Assembly: GCA_042216675.1 (NCBI GenBank)
Contig: JBDGTS010000042.1
Location: forward strand, 1-36,754
Direction of reading: 5' to 3'
DNA: 36,754 bases
From: Halobacteriaceae archaeon
Lineage (GTDB): Archaea > Halobacteriota > Halobacteria > Halobacteriales > Halobacteriaceae
This document shows, piece after piece, positions 8,356 through 16,867 of this stretch; the first letter of the stretch is position 1, and each line of letters begins with the position of its first letter. Below the pieces are notes generated by a model. That model was given only the letters and a program-made list of their open reading frames with translations. It did no database searches and had not been told where the DNA came from. The position numbers and the translations under genes are program-made.

Positions 8356-9723
8356 TCAGTACTTCGCCTCGGCACCCGTCACGTCGTACACGTCCTCCAT
8401 GATGGCGTCGCGGGTGTCCTGCCACGCCGCGAACTCGTCCGGTGAGGAGGGGTAGTCGGCGTAGTGCTCTTTCAGTCGGTCGGCCTGCTCTTTCGTCTTG
8501 TAGAACGTGTAGATGACGTCCCAGTAGCCGAAACTGGAGACGGCGGTGCGGAGCATCAGGAGCGGCCCCATCCGGGTCGTCCCCGAGTAGAGCGCCTCCG
8601 CGAGTTTCTCGCCGGGGAGCGACGCCAGCAAGCCCATCAGGTCGTCCACGTCGACGGCCGTCGAGAGAATGTTGTACACGTCGAGGGCGGCGTAGCGCGC
8701 GCCGAAGTGGTCCATGACCCGTTCGTTGTACTCCCAGAGGGCGTCCTCGGTCGGCCCGCCGTTCGCGAGAGCGTCGACGGCCGCCTCGGCGGCGTAACTG
8801 CCCGCGTAAGCCGCGCCCGCGATGCCGCCGCCGGTAGTGGGGTTGACGTGCCCCGCCGCGTCACCAACAGCGACGTAGCCGGGTGCGACGGCGGAGTCGT
8901 AGGGCCGCCGGGTGGGGAGCGCCGCGCCCAGTTTGTCCTTGACTTCCGCGCCCTCGAACTCGGGGCGGTCACGCAGGTCGTCCTTCAGGTCGTCGACCAG
9001 TTCCATCGGCTCCTCGGTCATCTGGAAGCCGAGGCCGGCGTTGATTTCGGTCTCGGTGCGCGGGAAGTACCAGAGGTAGCCCGCGGCGCGTTCGGTGGGC
9101 TTGAACACGAGCGCGTCGGACCACTCGACTGGCTCCCCGACCTCGACGATTTCGCGGTACGCCGAGCAGAACTGCGAGTAGTCGACGTTCGTGTCGAACG
9201 TGGAGCCCGAGAAGTCGGCCTTGTCCTGCAACAGCGACAGGGAGCCAGCGGCGTCCACGACGACGCCCGCCTCGTAGGTGACGGGGTCGCCCTTCCGAAC
9301 GGCCTCGACGCCCGTCACGCGGTCCCCGTCCTGATTCACGTCCGTCACGACGGTGTCGTAGTGGAACTCGACGCCGACGTCCTCCGCGCCGTCGATGATG
9401 CGGCGGCCGTACTCCCAGCGGTCGATGACGGCGAGTTCGCCCGGCACGGGGATGTCGAGGACGGTGTCCTCCTGTGGAATCTCGAAGCGCCCGTGGTCCA
9501 CGTCGACGTTCGTCATCGCGGGTTCGAGTTTCGACTTCGGGATGACGTCCGGGAACGCGTCGGCCCCCTTCAGGGCGTCGCCGCAGGCGATGTGGCCGGC
9601 CTCCTCGCTGTCCTTGCGTTCGAGGACGACCACGTCGAGGCCCTCGTCGGCGACGGTGGCGGCCGCGTAACACCCCGCCGTGCCCGCACCGACGACGACG
9701 ACGTCCGTTTCGTGGGTGGTCAT
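8356..9723 (-). CDS. Geranylgeranyl reductase family FAD-dependent oxidoreductase
   Basis: VVVVGAGTAG Rossmann motif, ACGD, GYLWYFP, VGDAAGHVNPTTGGGI; start MTTHETD at 9723. Confidence 0.9.
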   Translation of the reverse strand: MTTHETDVVVVGAGTAGCYAAATVADEGLDVVVLERKDSEEAGHIACGDALKGADAFPDVIPKSKLEPAMTNVDVDHGRFEIPQEDTVLDIPVPGELAVIDRWEYGRRIIDGAEDVGVEFHYDTVVTDVNQDGDRVTGVEAVRKGDPVTYEAGVVVDAAGSLSLLQDKADFSGSTFDTNVDYSQFCSAYREIVEVGEPVEWSDALVFKPTERAAGYLWYFPRTETEINAGLGFQMTEEPMELVDDLKDDLRDRPEFEGAEVKDKLGAALPTRRPYDSAVAPGYVAVGDAAGHVNPTTGGGIAGAAYAGSYAAEAAVDALANGGPTEDALWEYNERVMDHFGARYAALDVYNILSTAVDVDDLMGLLASLPGEKLAEALYSGTTRMGPLLMLRTAVSSFGYWDVIYTFYKTKEQADRLKEHYADYPSSPDEFAAWQDTRDAIMEDVYDVTGAEAKY

Positions 9724-9823
9724 ATCACTTCGTGCCCACCCGAGGGGCAAAACTCTTTATTCCACAGGTCAGCCGAACGGTGGAGGTAAAGAGTTTTCAC
9801 GCGGCGCGGAATACGCTCGGGAC

Positions 9824-10147
9824 ATGACCGAGTACACCGTGGAGTTCGTCGGCACCGGGGAGTCCATCCAGGTGTCCGAGAAGGAGACGATTCTCAGCGC
9901 CTGCATCGAGGCGGGTATCGCGCAGGAGTACTCCTGTCGCGTCGGGATGTGTCTCGCGTGTTCGGCCGAAATCATCGAGGGCGACGTGACCCAGCCGGCG
10001 GCGCGGGGGCTGACCGAACGGGAGAAGGAGAACTACGCGCTGACGTGCATGGCGCGACCGAAGTCGGACCTGAAACTGGACCGCGGCGAGTACCCGCCAA
10101 GCATCGAAGGTGACGCCGCGGGCAACGCGGCGAGCGCCGACGACTAG
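9824..10147 (+). CDS. 2Fe-2S ferredoxin
   Basis: CRVGMCLAC (CX4CX2C) plus distal LTC; 107 aa from ATG 9824. Confidence 0.92.
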   Translation: MTEYTVEFVGTGESIQVSEKETILSACIEAGIAQEYSCRVGMCLACSAEIIEGDVTQPAARGLTEREKENYALTCMARPKSDLKLDRGEYPPSIEGDAAGNAASADD

Positions 10148-10473
10148 CGGCCGGCGCCGCGAATCTGTTCGAGTTCGACTTCCGCGCGGACGCTGTGCGG
10201 GAAGCCGTCGTCGACGATTTCTTGCGCGAGTGCGTCGTGGCCGACGATCTCCATGCGACGCGTGTAGACGGTGTACGACCAGTCGTCGAAGCGTTCGTCG
10301 TCGTCGCCGTCGAGGCGGGCGTACTGGGGGACCGACAGTTCGGTCGGGGCCTCCGAGTGTGGTCCCTTCAGTTGTGCCCCCTTTCGGTGTGCGGACTCCT
10401 TGATGTCCGTCACGACCCCGTCGAGGGCCGCGCGGTCACCACTGCTGAGCGTGAGGCGGGTGACGATTGTCAT
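10144..10473 (-). CDS. uS10-family ribosomal protein paralogue (rps10b-like)
   Basis: RLTLSSGD...KGAQLKGP...W..TVYTRRMEI matches the S10 fold; not in a ribosomal operon. Confidence 0.8.
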   Translation of the reverse strand: MTIVTRLTLSSGDRAALDGVVTDIKESAHRKGAQLKGPHSEAPTELSVPQYARLDGDDDERFDDWSYTVYTRRMEIVGHDALAQEIVDDGFPHSVRAEVELEQIRGAGR

Positions 10474-10555
10474 GGCCAGTACAACGGCGGGGGCGAGTAA
10501 AAGCGATGCGCTTTCTCCGACATTCCTTTAATGCGTGGTCGCTTAGGAGTCGATA

Positions 10556-10984
10556 ATGACAGTGGAGGCAACAAGCGCCGGATGTATCCTCTTCCGGGAT
10601 ACGCGCGACCGGCGCGAGTACCTCCTCCTCAAGAGCCGCCCCGGGGACTGGGAGTTCCCGAAGGGCGGGGTCGAAGGCGACGAAGAGTTGCAACAGACCG
10701 CTATCCGAGAGGTCGAGGAGGAGGCCGGCATCAGCGATTTCAGAATCATCGACGGGTTCAGGGACGACTACGACTACGTGTTCGAGGCGAACGGGACGCG
10801 GATCCACAAGACGGTCCACCTGTTCATCGCGAAGTCGTTCGAGGCGTCCGCGGAACTCAGCAGTGAACACACCGACATGCAGTGGCGCGACTACGAGCAA
10901 GCGGTGAACACCATCACCCAAGATGGTCCCCGCGACGTGCTCAAAGACGCCCACGACTTCATCGACGAGAAAGACGAGCTCTGA
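10556..10984 (+). CDS. Bis(5'-nucleosyl)-tetraphosphatase (Ap4A hydrolase, Nudix)
   Basis: WEFPKGGVEGDEELQQTAIREVEEEAG Nudix box; LSSEH motif. Confidence 0.88.
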   Translation: MTVEATSAGCILFRDTRDRREYLLLKSRPGDWEFPKGGVEGDEELQQTAIREVEEEAGISDFRIIDGFRDDYDYVFEANGTRIHKTVHLFIAKSFEASAELSSEHTDMQWRDYEQAVNTITQDGPRDVLKDAHDFIDEKDEL

Positions 10985-11022
10985 CCGCAACGGCTTAGCC
11001 GACGCTCCCCCGACGTGAGCGC

Positions 11023-12039
11023 GTGCCCGACCACGAGTTCGGCTTCGAGATGCGGGTCTGTGGCTGGGCCGAGCGGTCGTGGCCCCCCGATAGCCCCCGC
11101 GCCGACGACACCGCCGTCGTCGTCGGCCGGCAACTCGGCACCCAGCGGCGCCGCTGGGACACGGTGGTCATCGAGGCTGACGCCGTGGCGCTGGCCCGCC
11201 GCGCGGTTTTCGGGGCCGACAAACTCGACTCGGACCTCCGTCACGTCGTCCGGCACGCACCGGCGGACTGGGCGTGGTACCGCGACGCCCTCCCGGACCC
11301 CGGCTACCCGTGGCGCTACGTCCGCGCGGCCGTCCACCGCGCCGCCGGCCGTGGCGTCGTCGAGAAGCGGCGGTCCGGCAACCGCATCCAGATCAAGCGC
11401 ATCGCATCCTACCCCGACTGGGCCGAGCGCGTCGTCGCCATCGAGAACAAGCCGGACCTCACCGCGAGCGCCGCCCGTGACCTCGCCACACAGATTCAGC
11501 GCGACGTGGCGCGGGGCCTCGCCGACGAGGTGTGGGTCGCGACGGCGGCGACGGGCGAGCGCATCGAACCGGTCCTCCTCGAAGACATGCCCGTCGAGGC
11601 GGGCGTCCTCGTCTTCGACTTCGACGCCGACGACCCCGCGAGCGTCGCGTGGCACCCCCGCTCGCTCGGCGATGCAGGGGGGACGCGCATCGTGGACCGC
11701 GAGGGCGGCGAGTTCGAGTACACCGACCCCGAGGCCGAGCGCGAGCGCCGCCGCGGCATCGCCGAACGCGCCTACGGCCGCGGCTGGCGGTCCTTCGCGG
11801 ACACGATGCGTCCCGACTGCCGGCACTTCCACCTCCGGCGCGACGAGACGGGACGGACGCTCGTGCCGTGGTGTGGCGCCCTCGGCCGCGAGCAGTCCGG
11901 CGCGGAGTGTGCCGGCGACTGCCCGCACTTCGAGCCGGAGCCGCCGACGTGGCGCCAGCGCGGGTGGCCAATCGAGGGCGGCCCCGGAACCCGGCTCAAG
12001 ACGCTGCTCGACGAGCGACGGAACCGCGTCAGGAAGTGA
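11023..12039 (+). CDS. DUF5787-family protein (probable PD-(D/E)xK fold with Cys cluster)
   Basis: EFGFE N-terminus, RRWD, IENKPDL, DEVWVAT and four C-terminal Cys; resembles the haloarchaeal DUF5787 family. Confidence 0.8.
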   Translation: MPDHEFGFEMRVCGWAERSWPPDSPRADDTAVVVGRQLGTQRRRWDTVVIEADAVALARRAVFGADKLDSDLRHVVRHAPADWAWYRDALPDPGYPWRYVRAAVHRAAGRGVVEKRRSGNRIQIKRIASYPDWAERVVAIENKPDLTASAARDLATQIQRDVARGLADEVWVATAATGERIEPVLLEDMPVEAGVLVFDFDADDPASVAWHPRSLGDAGGTRIVDREGGEFEYTDPEAERERRRGIAERAYGRGWRSFADTMRPDCRHFHLRRDETGRTLVPWCGALGREQSGAECAGDCPHFEPEPPTWRQRGWPIEGGPGTRLKTLLDERRNRVRK

Positions 12040-12514
12040 CTTCGACCGAGAGTTCGTCGCGGGACGTGGCGAGGCGGAACGTCGGCACCGTCCGGTACTC
12101 GGTGGTGACGACGCCCTTGCGCTTCAGGCGCTGGAGGGCGCGCCGCACCTCGTCGGCCGACGGGTCGGCGTCGTACTTGTCTCGGATCTTGTGCAGGACC
12201 GAGACGACGCTCTCCGAGCGCTCCTCGGGACCCGCCAGCACGCCGATGACCTTCGATTCGAGGTCGGTGACGCTCACCGTCTGCTCGACGTCCTCGGTGT
12301 CCACGAGGTCGCTGACGAGGTCCGCCGCCTCCGCCGTCGCGCGGACGAGGCTGTCCTCGTCGCGGTAGTAGTAGTCCCGGAGTTCCGCTTCGAGATACTG
12401 GTGGACCTCGCTCCCGCTCTCCATGTCCCAGCGCTCCTGCAGGTCGGCGTTCTTCGTCGGCTGCAGTTCGACGATGTCCGCGAGGCGCTCCCGCGCCTCC
12501 TCCGAGAGGTCCAT
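12029..12514 (-). CDS. DUF5797-family protein (winged-helix-like)
   Basis: LQPTKNADLQERW..ESGSEVHQYLE motif; C-terminal VRRALQRLKRKGVV...TFRL wHTH pattern. Confidence 0.8.
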   Translation of the reverse strand: MDLSEEARERLADIVELQPTKNADLQERWDMESGSEVHQYLEAELRDYYYRDEDSLVRATAEAADLVSDLVDTEDVEQTVSVTDLESKVIGVLAGPEERSESVVSVLHKIRDKYDADPSADEVRRALQRLKRKGVVTTEYRTVPTFRLATSRDELSVEVTS

Positions 12515-12599
12515 GCGTCGCGTTTCGCTGGGGGGTCACTTGCGCCTTTGGAAGCGAATGGGGCAGACAGTTACGGTCGTCGGGGTCGTTTGTGACCCC

Positions 12600-12857
12600 A
12601 TGGCACGCGAAGTCCGCCTCAACAACCTCGACGGGGTGCTCGCGGAACTCGACTACCCGGTTTCCCACGGCGCCGCGGCCGCGGAACTGAGCGACGTGAC
12701 CCTCGTGTACGCCGACGGGACGGAGAACCTCTCGAAGGTTTTCGACCGCATCGAGGACGACAGTTTCGCCGACGCCGACGACCTGCGCGGGTCGGTGTTC
12801 GGCGCCCTCCCCACCGAGGCCGTCGGCGAACCCGGGCAGTCCGAAGGCGAGGGGTAG
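12600..12857 (+). CDS. DUF5789-family small acidic protein
   Basis: 85 aa, LDYPVS...DDLR...EAVGEPGQSEGEG. Confidence 0.75.
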   Translation: MAREVRLNNLDGVLAELDYPVSHGAAAAELSDVTLVYADGTENLSKVFDRIEDDSFADADDLRGSVFGALPTEAVGEPGQSEGEG

Positions 12858-12899
12858 AGCGTCGCACTTATCCACCCCCGTCGGCTAATTCTGCCAACG

Positions 12900-13211
12900 A
12901 TGGAGTTCTGCGACGAGTGCGGTTCGATGATGAAGGCCGACGACGGCCTGTGGACGTGTACCAGTTGCGGCAACGAGCAAATCAAGGACCCCGAGGCATC
13001 CTACGTCCTCACCGAGGGCCAAGAGGCGACGGAGGTCATCGAGAGCAGTGGCGAGGGACAGGGCCTCCCGAAGACGGACGCCAAGTGCGAGGAGTGTGGC
13101 AACGACGAGGCCTTCTGGTACATGCAACAGATCCGCGCGGCTGACGAGAGCGAGACGCGCTTCTTCGTCTGCACCGAGTGCGAGCACAAGTGGCGCGAGG
13201 ACGACAACTGA
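12900..13211 (+). CDS. tfs: Transcription factor S (RpoM/TFS)
   Basis: FCDECGSMM zinc ribbon and QIRAADESETRFFVCTEC catalytic loop. Confidence 0.95.
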   Translation: MEFCDECGSMMKADDGLWTCTSCGNEQIKDPEASYVLTEGQEATEVIESSGEGQGLPKTDAKCEECGNDEAFWYMQQIRAADESETRFFVCTECEHKWREDDN

Positions 13212-13215
13212 GTCC

Positions 13216-13242
13216 CTTTTTGCCGCGATTCGCGGCAAAAAG
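13216..13242. terminator. Perfect 13-bp inverted repeat with T5/A5 tails between convergent genes
   Basis: ctttttgccgcga-t-tcgcggcaaaaag between the tfs and trmI stop codons; gives an oligo-T tract on both strands. Confidence 0.55.
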
Positions 13243-13301
13243 CGACGACAAAAAGGCGCTCGCTCGGCCGCGGGCCTCGCTCGCGTCTCGCGAGTGACCG
13301 C

Positions 13302-14024
13302 CTACAGTTTTCTCGCGAACGTGAGATAGCCGGTGTGACCGACGCCCGCCGTCGAGGGGCGGGTGCCTCGCTCGTCGAAGGTCATCTCGCGCTCGATCGT
13401 CTCTCGGGTTTCGACGTCGGAGAGGCCGGCGTCGCGGGCCGCGTCGGCGCTGGCGCGGGCGTTCTCCACGAACGGCGAGTACGTGACGACGTAGCCGCCG
13501 TGGACGAGGACCTCGGGCGCTCGCTCCACGACGGCGGGCGCGTCGCCCGTGTCGAGGGTGAGCAGGTCGAACGTCCCGAGGTCGTCGAGTTCGTCGCGGA
13601 GGTCGCCCGTTCGGACCTCGACGGCGTCGGCGACGTCGGCGAGTTCCATGTTCGCGCGCGCCGTCTCCGCGAACTCGGGGTCGCGCTCGAAGGTGAGCAC
13701 GTCCGCGCCGGCGCGGCCGAGGTAGGCCGCGAGGACCCCCGTTCCCGTGCCGGCGTCGAGGACGCGGTCCTCGCGGCAGGCGCCGGTGTAGCCCATCACG
13801 AGACCGACGTCCTTGGGCATCATCGGCGCGCCCGTGCGGTCGAGGTGGTCGAACAGGTCCGGGCCGCGGAGTTCCCGAACGGTGAACGGTTCGCCGAGAT
13901 GCGTCTCGACGGTGTCGCCGGATTCGGGGTCCTCGGGAACCGTCAGCACGCCGAGATCGGTGTGGAGTTCCTCGCCCGGTTCACAGCGAAAGGCCCGGTC
14001 GCCCCGGGTGAGCAGGACCGTCAC
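13302..14024 (-). CDS. trmI: tRNA (adenine-N1)-methyltransferase TrmI-like
   Basis: [31 protein letters not shown] and C-terminal TRP..VGHTGYL motifs. Confidence 0.85.
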   Translation of the reverse strand: MTVLLTRGDRAFRCEPGEELHTDLGVLTVPEDPESGDTVETHLGEPFTVRELRGPDLFDHLDRTGAPMMPKDVGLVMGYTGACREDRVLDAGTGTGVLAAYLGRAGADVLTFERDPEFAETARANMELADVADAVEVRTGDLRDELDDLGTFDLLTLDTGDAPAVVERAPEVLVHGGYVVTYSPFVENARASADAARDAGLSDVETRETIEREMTFDERGTRPSTAGVGHTGYLTFARKL

Positions 14025-14404
14025 TCCAGCAGTTCGACCGCGGCGGCGAGGTCGCCGTCAGTCGCTTCCAGCGCTTCGCGAGCGTCGGCCTCGGACGCGC
14101 CCGTTCGCTCCGCGACGATGTCCACGTCGGCTTGGGGAACCTCGGAGACACCCTCGTCCTCGTCCGCGCCCTCGATTTCCGGTTCGCTCTCGCGCTCCTC
14201 GTCGGGTTCGCCGACGACGCTGTAGGTCTGCTGACCGCGGGCGTCCATCCGGGTGACCTCGGGGTCCTGAAAGACGAGTTCCGTGCCGTCTTCCAGCCGG
14301 ATGACGACCTCTTCGGCGTCGAGTTCGTCCATGTCGACGCCCATCTGTTCCATCATCTGTTGCATCTTCTGGGGGTTCATGCCGCCGCCGCCTCCTCCAA
14401 ACAT
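14021..14404 (-). CDS. nac: Nascent polypeptide-associated complex protein
   Basis: [17 protein letters not shown] domain and C-terminal UBA ([30 protein letters not shown]). Confidence 0.95.
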   Translation of the reverse strand: MFGGGGGGMNPQKMQQMMEQMGVDMDELDAEEVVIRLEDGTELVFQDPEVTRMDARGQQTYSVVGEPDEERESEPEIEGADEDEGVSEVPQADVDIVAERTGASEADAREALEATDGDLAAAVELLE

Positions 14405-14452
14405 ACCTCGAAAGTCGCGCCCCGCGACAAAAAGCGTGTGGGATTCGGCCGC

Positions 14453-14809
14453 TCACACGACGACGACGGGCACCGTCGCGGCGTCGAGCATCGCCGTCGC
14501 CGTCTCCCCGAGGTCAGACGCGCCGGGGTCGCTCCGCGCGGCGAGGACGACCTCGTCGGCGCCGAACGCATCGACGGCGGCGCGCAGTTCCGCGACGGGG
14601 TCGCCCTCGCGCGTCTCCGTTTCGGCGTCGGCCGTCGGCAGGCGAACTGTGACGACGTTCAGTGCCTCCGCCGCGTCCCGTTCGTCGGTGTCGCCGCCGG
14701 CGACGGCCACCGCGCGCACCGCGTCGTCCGGGCCGATGCGGTCCTGCAGGTAGTCACACGCCGCGGCCGTCGCGTGGACCGAATCGGTGGCAATCAGAAA
14801 GCGCGTCAT
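14453..14809 (-). CDS. Universal stress protein
   Basis: FLIATDS...REGDP...DEVVL...LGETA..ML..ATVPVVVV USP pattern. Confidence 0.85.
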   Translation of the reverse strand: MTRFLIATDSVHATAAACDYLQDRIGPDDAVRAVAVAGGDTDERDAAEALNVVTVRLPTADAETETREGDPVAELRAAVDAFGADEVVLAARSDPGASDLGETATAMLDAATVPVVVV

Positions 14810-15267
14810 TCGGCTCCCTCGCGGACGCGCACGGCCATTCCGGTGTCGAAGTCGGCCATCGCCCCCGCGTCGAGTTCCGCGCGGCCCACCCCGAGCAGGT
14901 CGCCGTCCTCGTGGACGACGGCCACCTCGTCGCGGGCGCGGAGGTCCGGGGCCGCCTCGACGACGAACTTCGCGAACACGTTTTTCGCCTCGCGGACGAA
15001 CGGTTCGGACTCGTCGCCGACGACGACGCGGCCCTGTGGAGCGCCGAGCGCCGAGAGCAGGCGGCGGCCCCCCGCGAGGCCGAGGGTGAAACGGCCGTCC
15101 ATTCCGACGGAGACGAGTCGCTCGCCGTCGGCGGCCACCTGTCGCGGCCGGCCGGACTTCGAGCGAGTCACCGAGAGGTCGTCGTCGGGGGGAAACAGCG
15201 CCGCGCCGGCGCCCGCGCCGAACTGGTAGTCAGCGACGGTTCGGAGCGAGGCGAGGTCCCGGGGCAT
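14806..15267 (-). CDS. PUA-domain protein (archaeosine TGT C-terminal-like)
   Basis: ADYQFGAG, KNVFAKFV, DEVAVV..DGDLLGVG, GMAVRVREG. Confidence 0.88.
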   Translation of the reverse strand: MPRDLASLRTVADYQFGAGAGAALFPPDDDLSVTRSKSGRPRQVAADGERLVSVGMDGRFTLGLAGGRRLLSALGAPQGRVVVGDESEPFVREAKNVFAKFVVEAAPDLRARDEVAVVHEDGDLLGVGRAELDAGAMADFDTGMAVRVREGAE

Positions 15268-15350
15268 GCCCGGTGCTCTGTCCGGGTACGCCGAAAGCCT
15301 TTCGCGGGCGCAACGGCGGTTTTATTACGCACGAGTCAGTTCGACCGAAC

Positions 15351-15524
15351 ATGAACAACACGCAGGTCGTGGCCGGACTCGCGCTGGTCGTGGTGGGCGC
15401 GGCGCTGATGTTCGCCACGGGCGTCGCGGGGAGCACGCTTCCGGTCCTCGTCGCCTCCGTCGGTGCGCTGGCGCTGGCGGCGGGCACATTGCTCGTCGGC
15501 ACGTCGAAGTCCCGGCAGGTGTAG
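15351..15524 (+). CDS. Small two-helix membrane protein (57 aa)
   Basis: TTTTATTA box at 15320-15327 ahead of ATG 15351; two hydrophobic segments. Confidence 0.75.
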   Translation: MNNTQVVAGLALVVVGAALMFATGVAGSTLPVLVASVGALALAAGTLLVGTSKSRQV

Positions 15525-15525
15525 G

Positions 15526-16023
15526 TCAAAGCAGGAACGTCTCGATACGTTCGCTCAGGTCCACGAAGGCGTCAGTCGCATCGACGAGCGACTCCGCCGT
15601 CGATTCCGAGAACGCCATCACCTCGACGCGGACGCCCTCGTGGCGCAGATGCGAGCAGAGTCGCGCGAAGTCCCCGTCGCCGGTGCAGAGCACCACCGTG
15701 TCGACGTGGTCCGCGAGGGTGACGGCGTCGAGGCTCATCCCCACGTCCCAGTCCGCCTTCTTCGTCCCGTCGCCGAACGTCTTGATTTCCTTTATCTTCG
15801 TCTCGAAGCCGATGTCCTCCAGCGCCTCGAAGAAGCTCTCCTCCTCGGGGGAGTCCGCGCGGATGACGTAGGCGAGCGCCCGCGTGAGTCGCCTGTCGGC
15901 GACGGCCGCCGAGAGCAGGGCGTCGTAGTCGACGTTCCGCGAGTGGAGACTCTGAGCCGTGTGATACAGATTCTGCGCGTCGGCGAGGACCGCCACCCGC
16001 TGGTCGGGCTGCGTGACTGGCAT
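15526..16023 (-). CDS. NYN-domain (LabA-like PIN) protein
   Basis: DAQN, KADWDVGMSLD and TGDGDF motifs. Confidence 0.92.
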   Translation of the reverse strand: MPVTQPDQRVAVLADAQNLYHTAQSLHSRNVDYDALLSAAVADRRLTRALAYVIRADSPEEESFFEALEDIGFETKIKEIKTFGDGTKKADWDVGMSLDAVTLADHVDTVVLCTGDGDFARLCSHLRHEGVRVEVMAFSESTAESLVDATDAFVDLSERIETFLL

Positions 16024-16047
16024 ACCGGGCGTTCACGCGGGTGGCCC

Positions 16048-16695
16048 TTACCTCTGACCGTCGCCGGGCGTCTCGTGACGCGTCAGGTCGAGCGTCTCGG
16101 GGTCGAGCGCGTAGTAGGCCTCCCACGCCGGCGCGAGCGAGACGACGCGGGTGTCGCCGAACGTCGTCTCGGCGTGTTCGTGGTGGTGACCGACGAGACA
16201 GAGGTCAGGGCGCACGGACTGGAGGACGTCGTCGACGTGCTTGCACCCGACGCCGTACTCCTCGGCGACGGGGAGGCCGTGGGGCGCCTCGTGCGCCAGA
16301 AACACGTCCACGTCGAGGTCCTTCGCCCGTTCCACGTCGTCGCGGACGAAGTGGCGGCGACGGCCGCCAGCGAGTTCCGATCGGTCGCAGTCGAAGCGAG
16401 TCGGCGCGTAGTTGCCCGAGAGGCCGCCGACCCGGAGGCCGTCCACCTCGGCGCTGGTGCTGTGAAGCAGGTGGACGTTCGACGCCTCGGGTGGGGTGTG
16501 GCCCTCCCTGAGCGCCTCGACGACGTCGAAGTCCTCGTTGTTGCCGGCGATGAAGTAGGTTGGAATCGGCACGTCGTAGTGAAGCAGGTCCCCGGCCTGA
16601 AGCGCCACGTCGGCGTCGGCGTCCCGGTAGGCCGAGAGCAGGGCCTCCCGGCGTGGCGCGTCGTCGGCGTGTGCGTCCCCGAGGACCAAGACCAT
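16048..16695 (-). CDS. Metallophosphoesterase
   Basis: GDAH, AGD, GNNE, HEAP and VGHHH motifs; start MVLVLGDAH (alternative start 16701). Confidence 0.88.
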   Translation of the reverse strand: MVLVLGDAHADDAPRREALLSAYRDADADVALQAGDLLHYDVPIPTYFIAGNNEDFDVVEALREGHTPPEASNVHLLHSTSAEVDGLRVGGLSGNYAPTRFDCDRSELAGGRRRHFVRDDVERAKDLDVDVFLAHEAPHGLPVAEEYGVGCKHVDDVLQSVRPDLCLVGHHHEHAETTFGDTRVVSLAPAWEAYYALDPETLDLTRHETPGDGQR

Positions 16696-16741
16696 ACCCA
16701 TCCGCCAGCCGCCGACGACATAAGCCCGGCGGGGGGCCTCC

Positions 16742-16754
16742 GATAAACCTAAAT
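16742..16754 (+). promoter_or_regulatory. BRE/TATA promoter for the dap operon leader
   Basis: gataaa-CCTAAAT with the box starting 30 nt before ATG 16778, the same spacing as CCTAAAC (28325) to the folP ATG (28355). Confidence 0.6.
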
Positions 16755-16777
16755 CCCTCGGGGACGGGCGTTCTCCC

Positions 16778-16867
16778 ATGGTTCGCGTCGCGGCGAACGT
16801 CGGCCGGGCGGTCGATGCACCCAGCGACGCGTCCGCTTTCTCCGGCGGTAAGCGCGGGCCGGCGTGA
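16778..16867 (+). CDS. Putative leader peptide (uORF) of the dap/lys operon, 29 aa
   Basis: MVRVAANVGRAVDAPSDASAFSGGKRGPA*; ATG at the leaderless position behind the TATA box; single Lys codon near the end. Confidence 0.5.
   Translation: MVRVAANVGRAVDAPSDASAFSGGKRGPA

Noticed and set aside
11015-12595. 526-aa Ser/Pro/Arg-rich ORF
   Set aside because: Shifted-frame shadow of DUF5787 and antisense of DUF5797.
15526-16695. NYN nuclease plus phosphoesterase as a defence or toxin module
   Set aside because: Codon usage matches the core genome, LabA-like NYN genes are common housekeeping genes, and no mobility or antitoxin signal is present.
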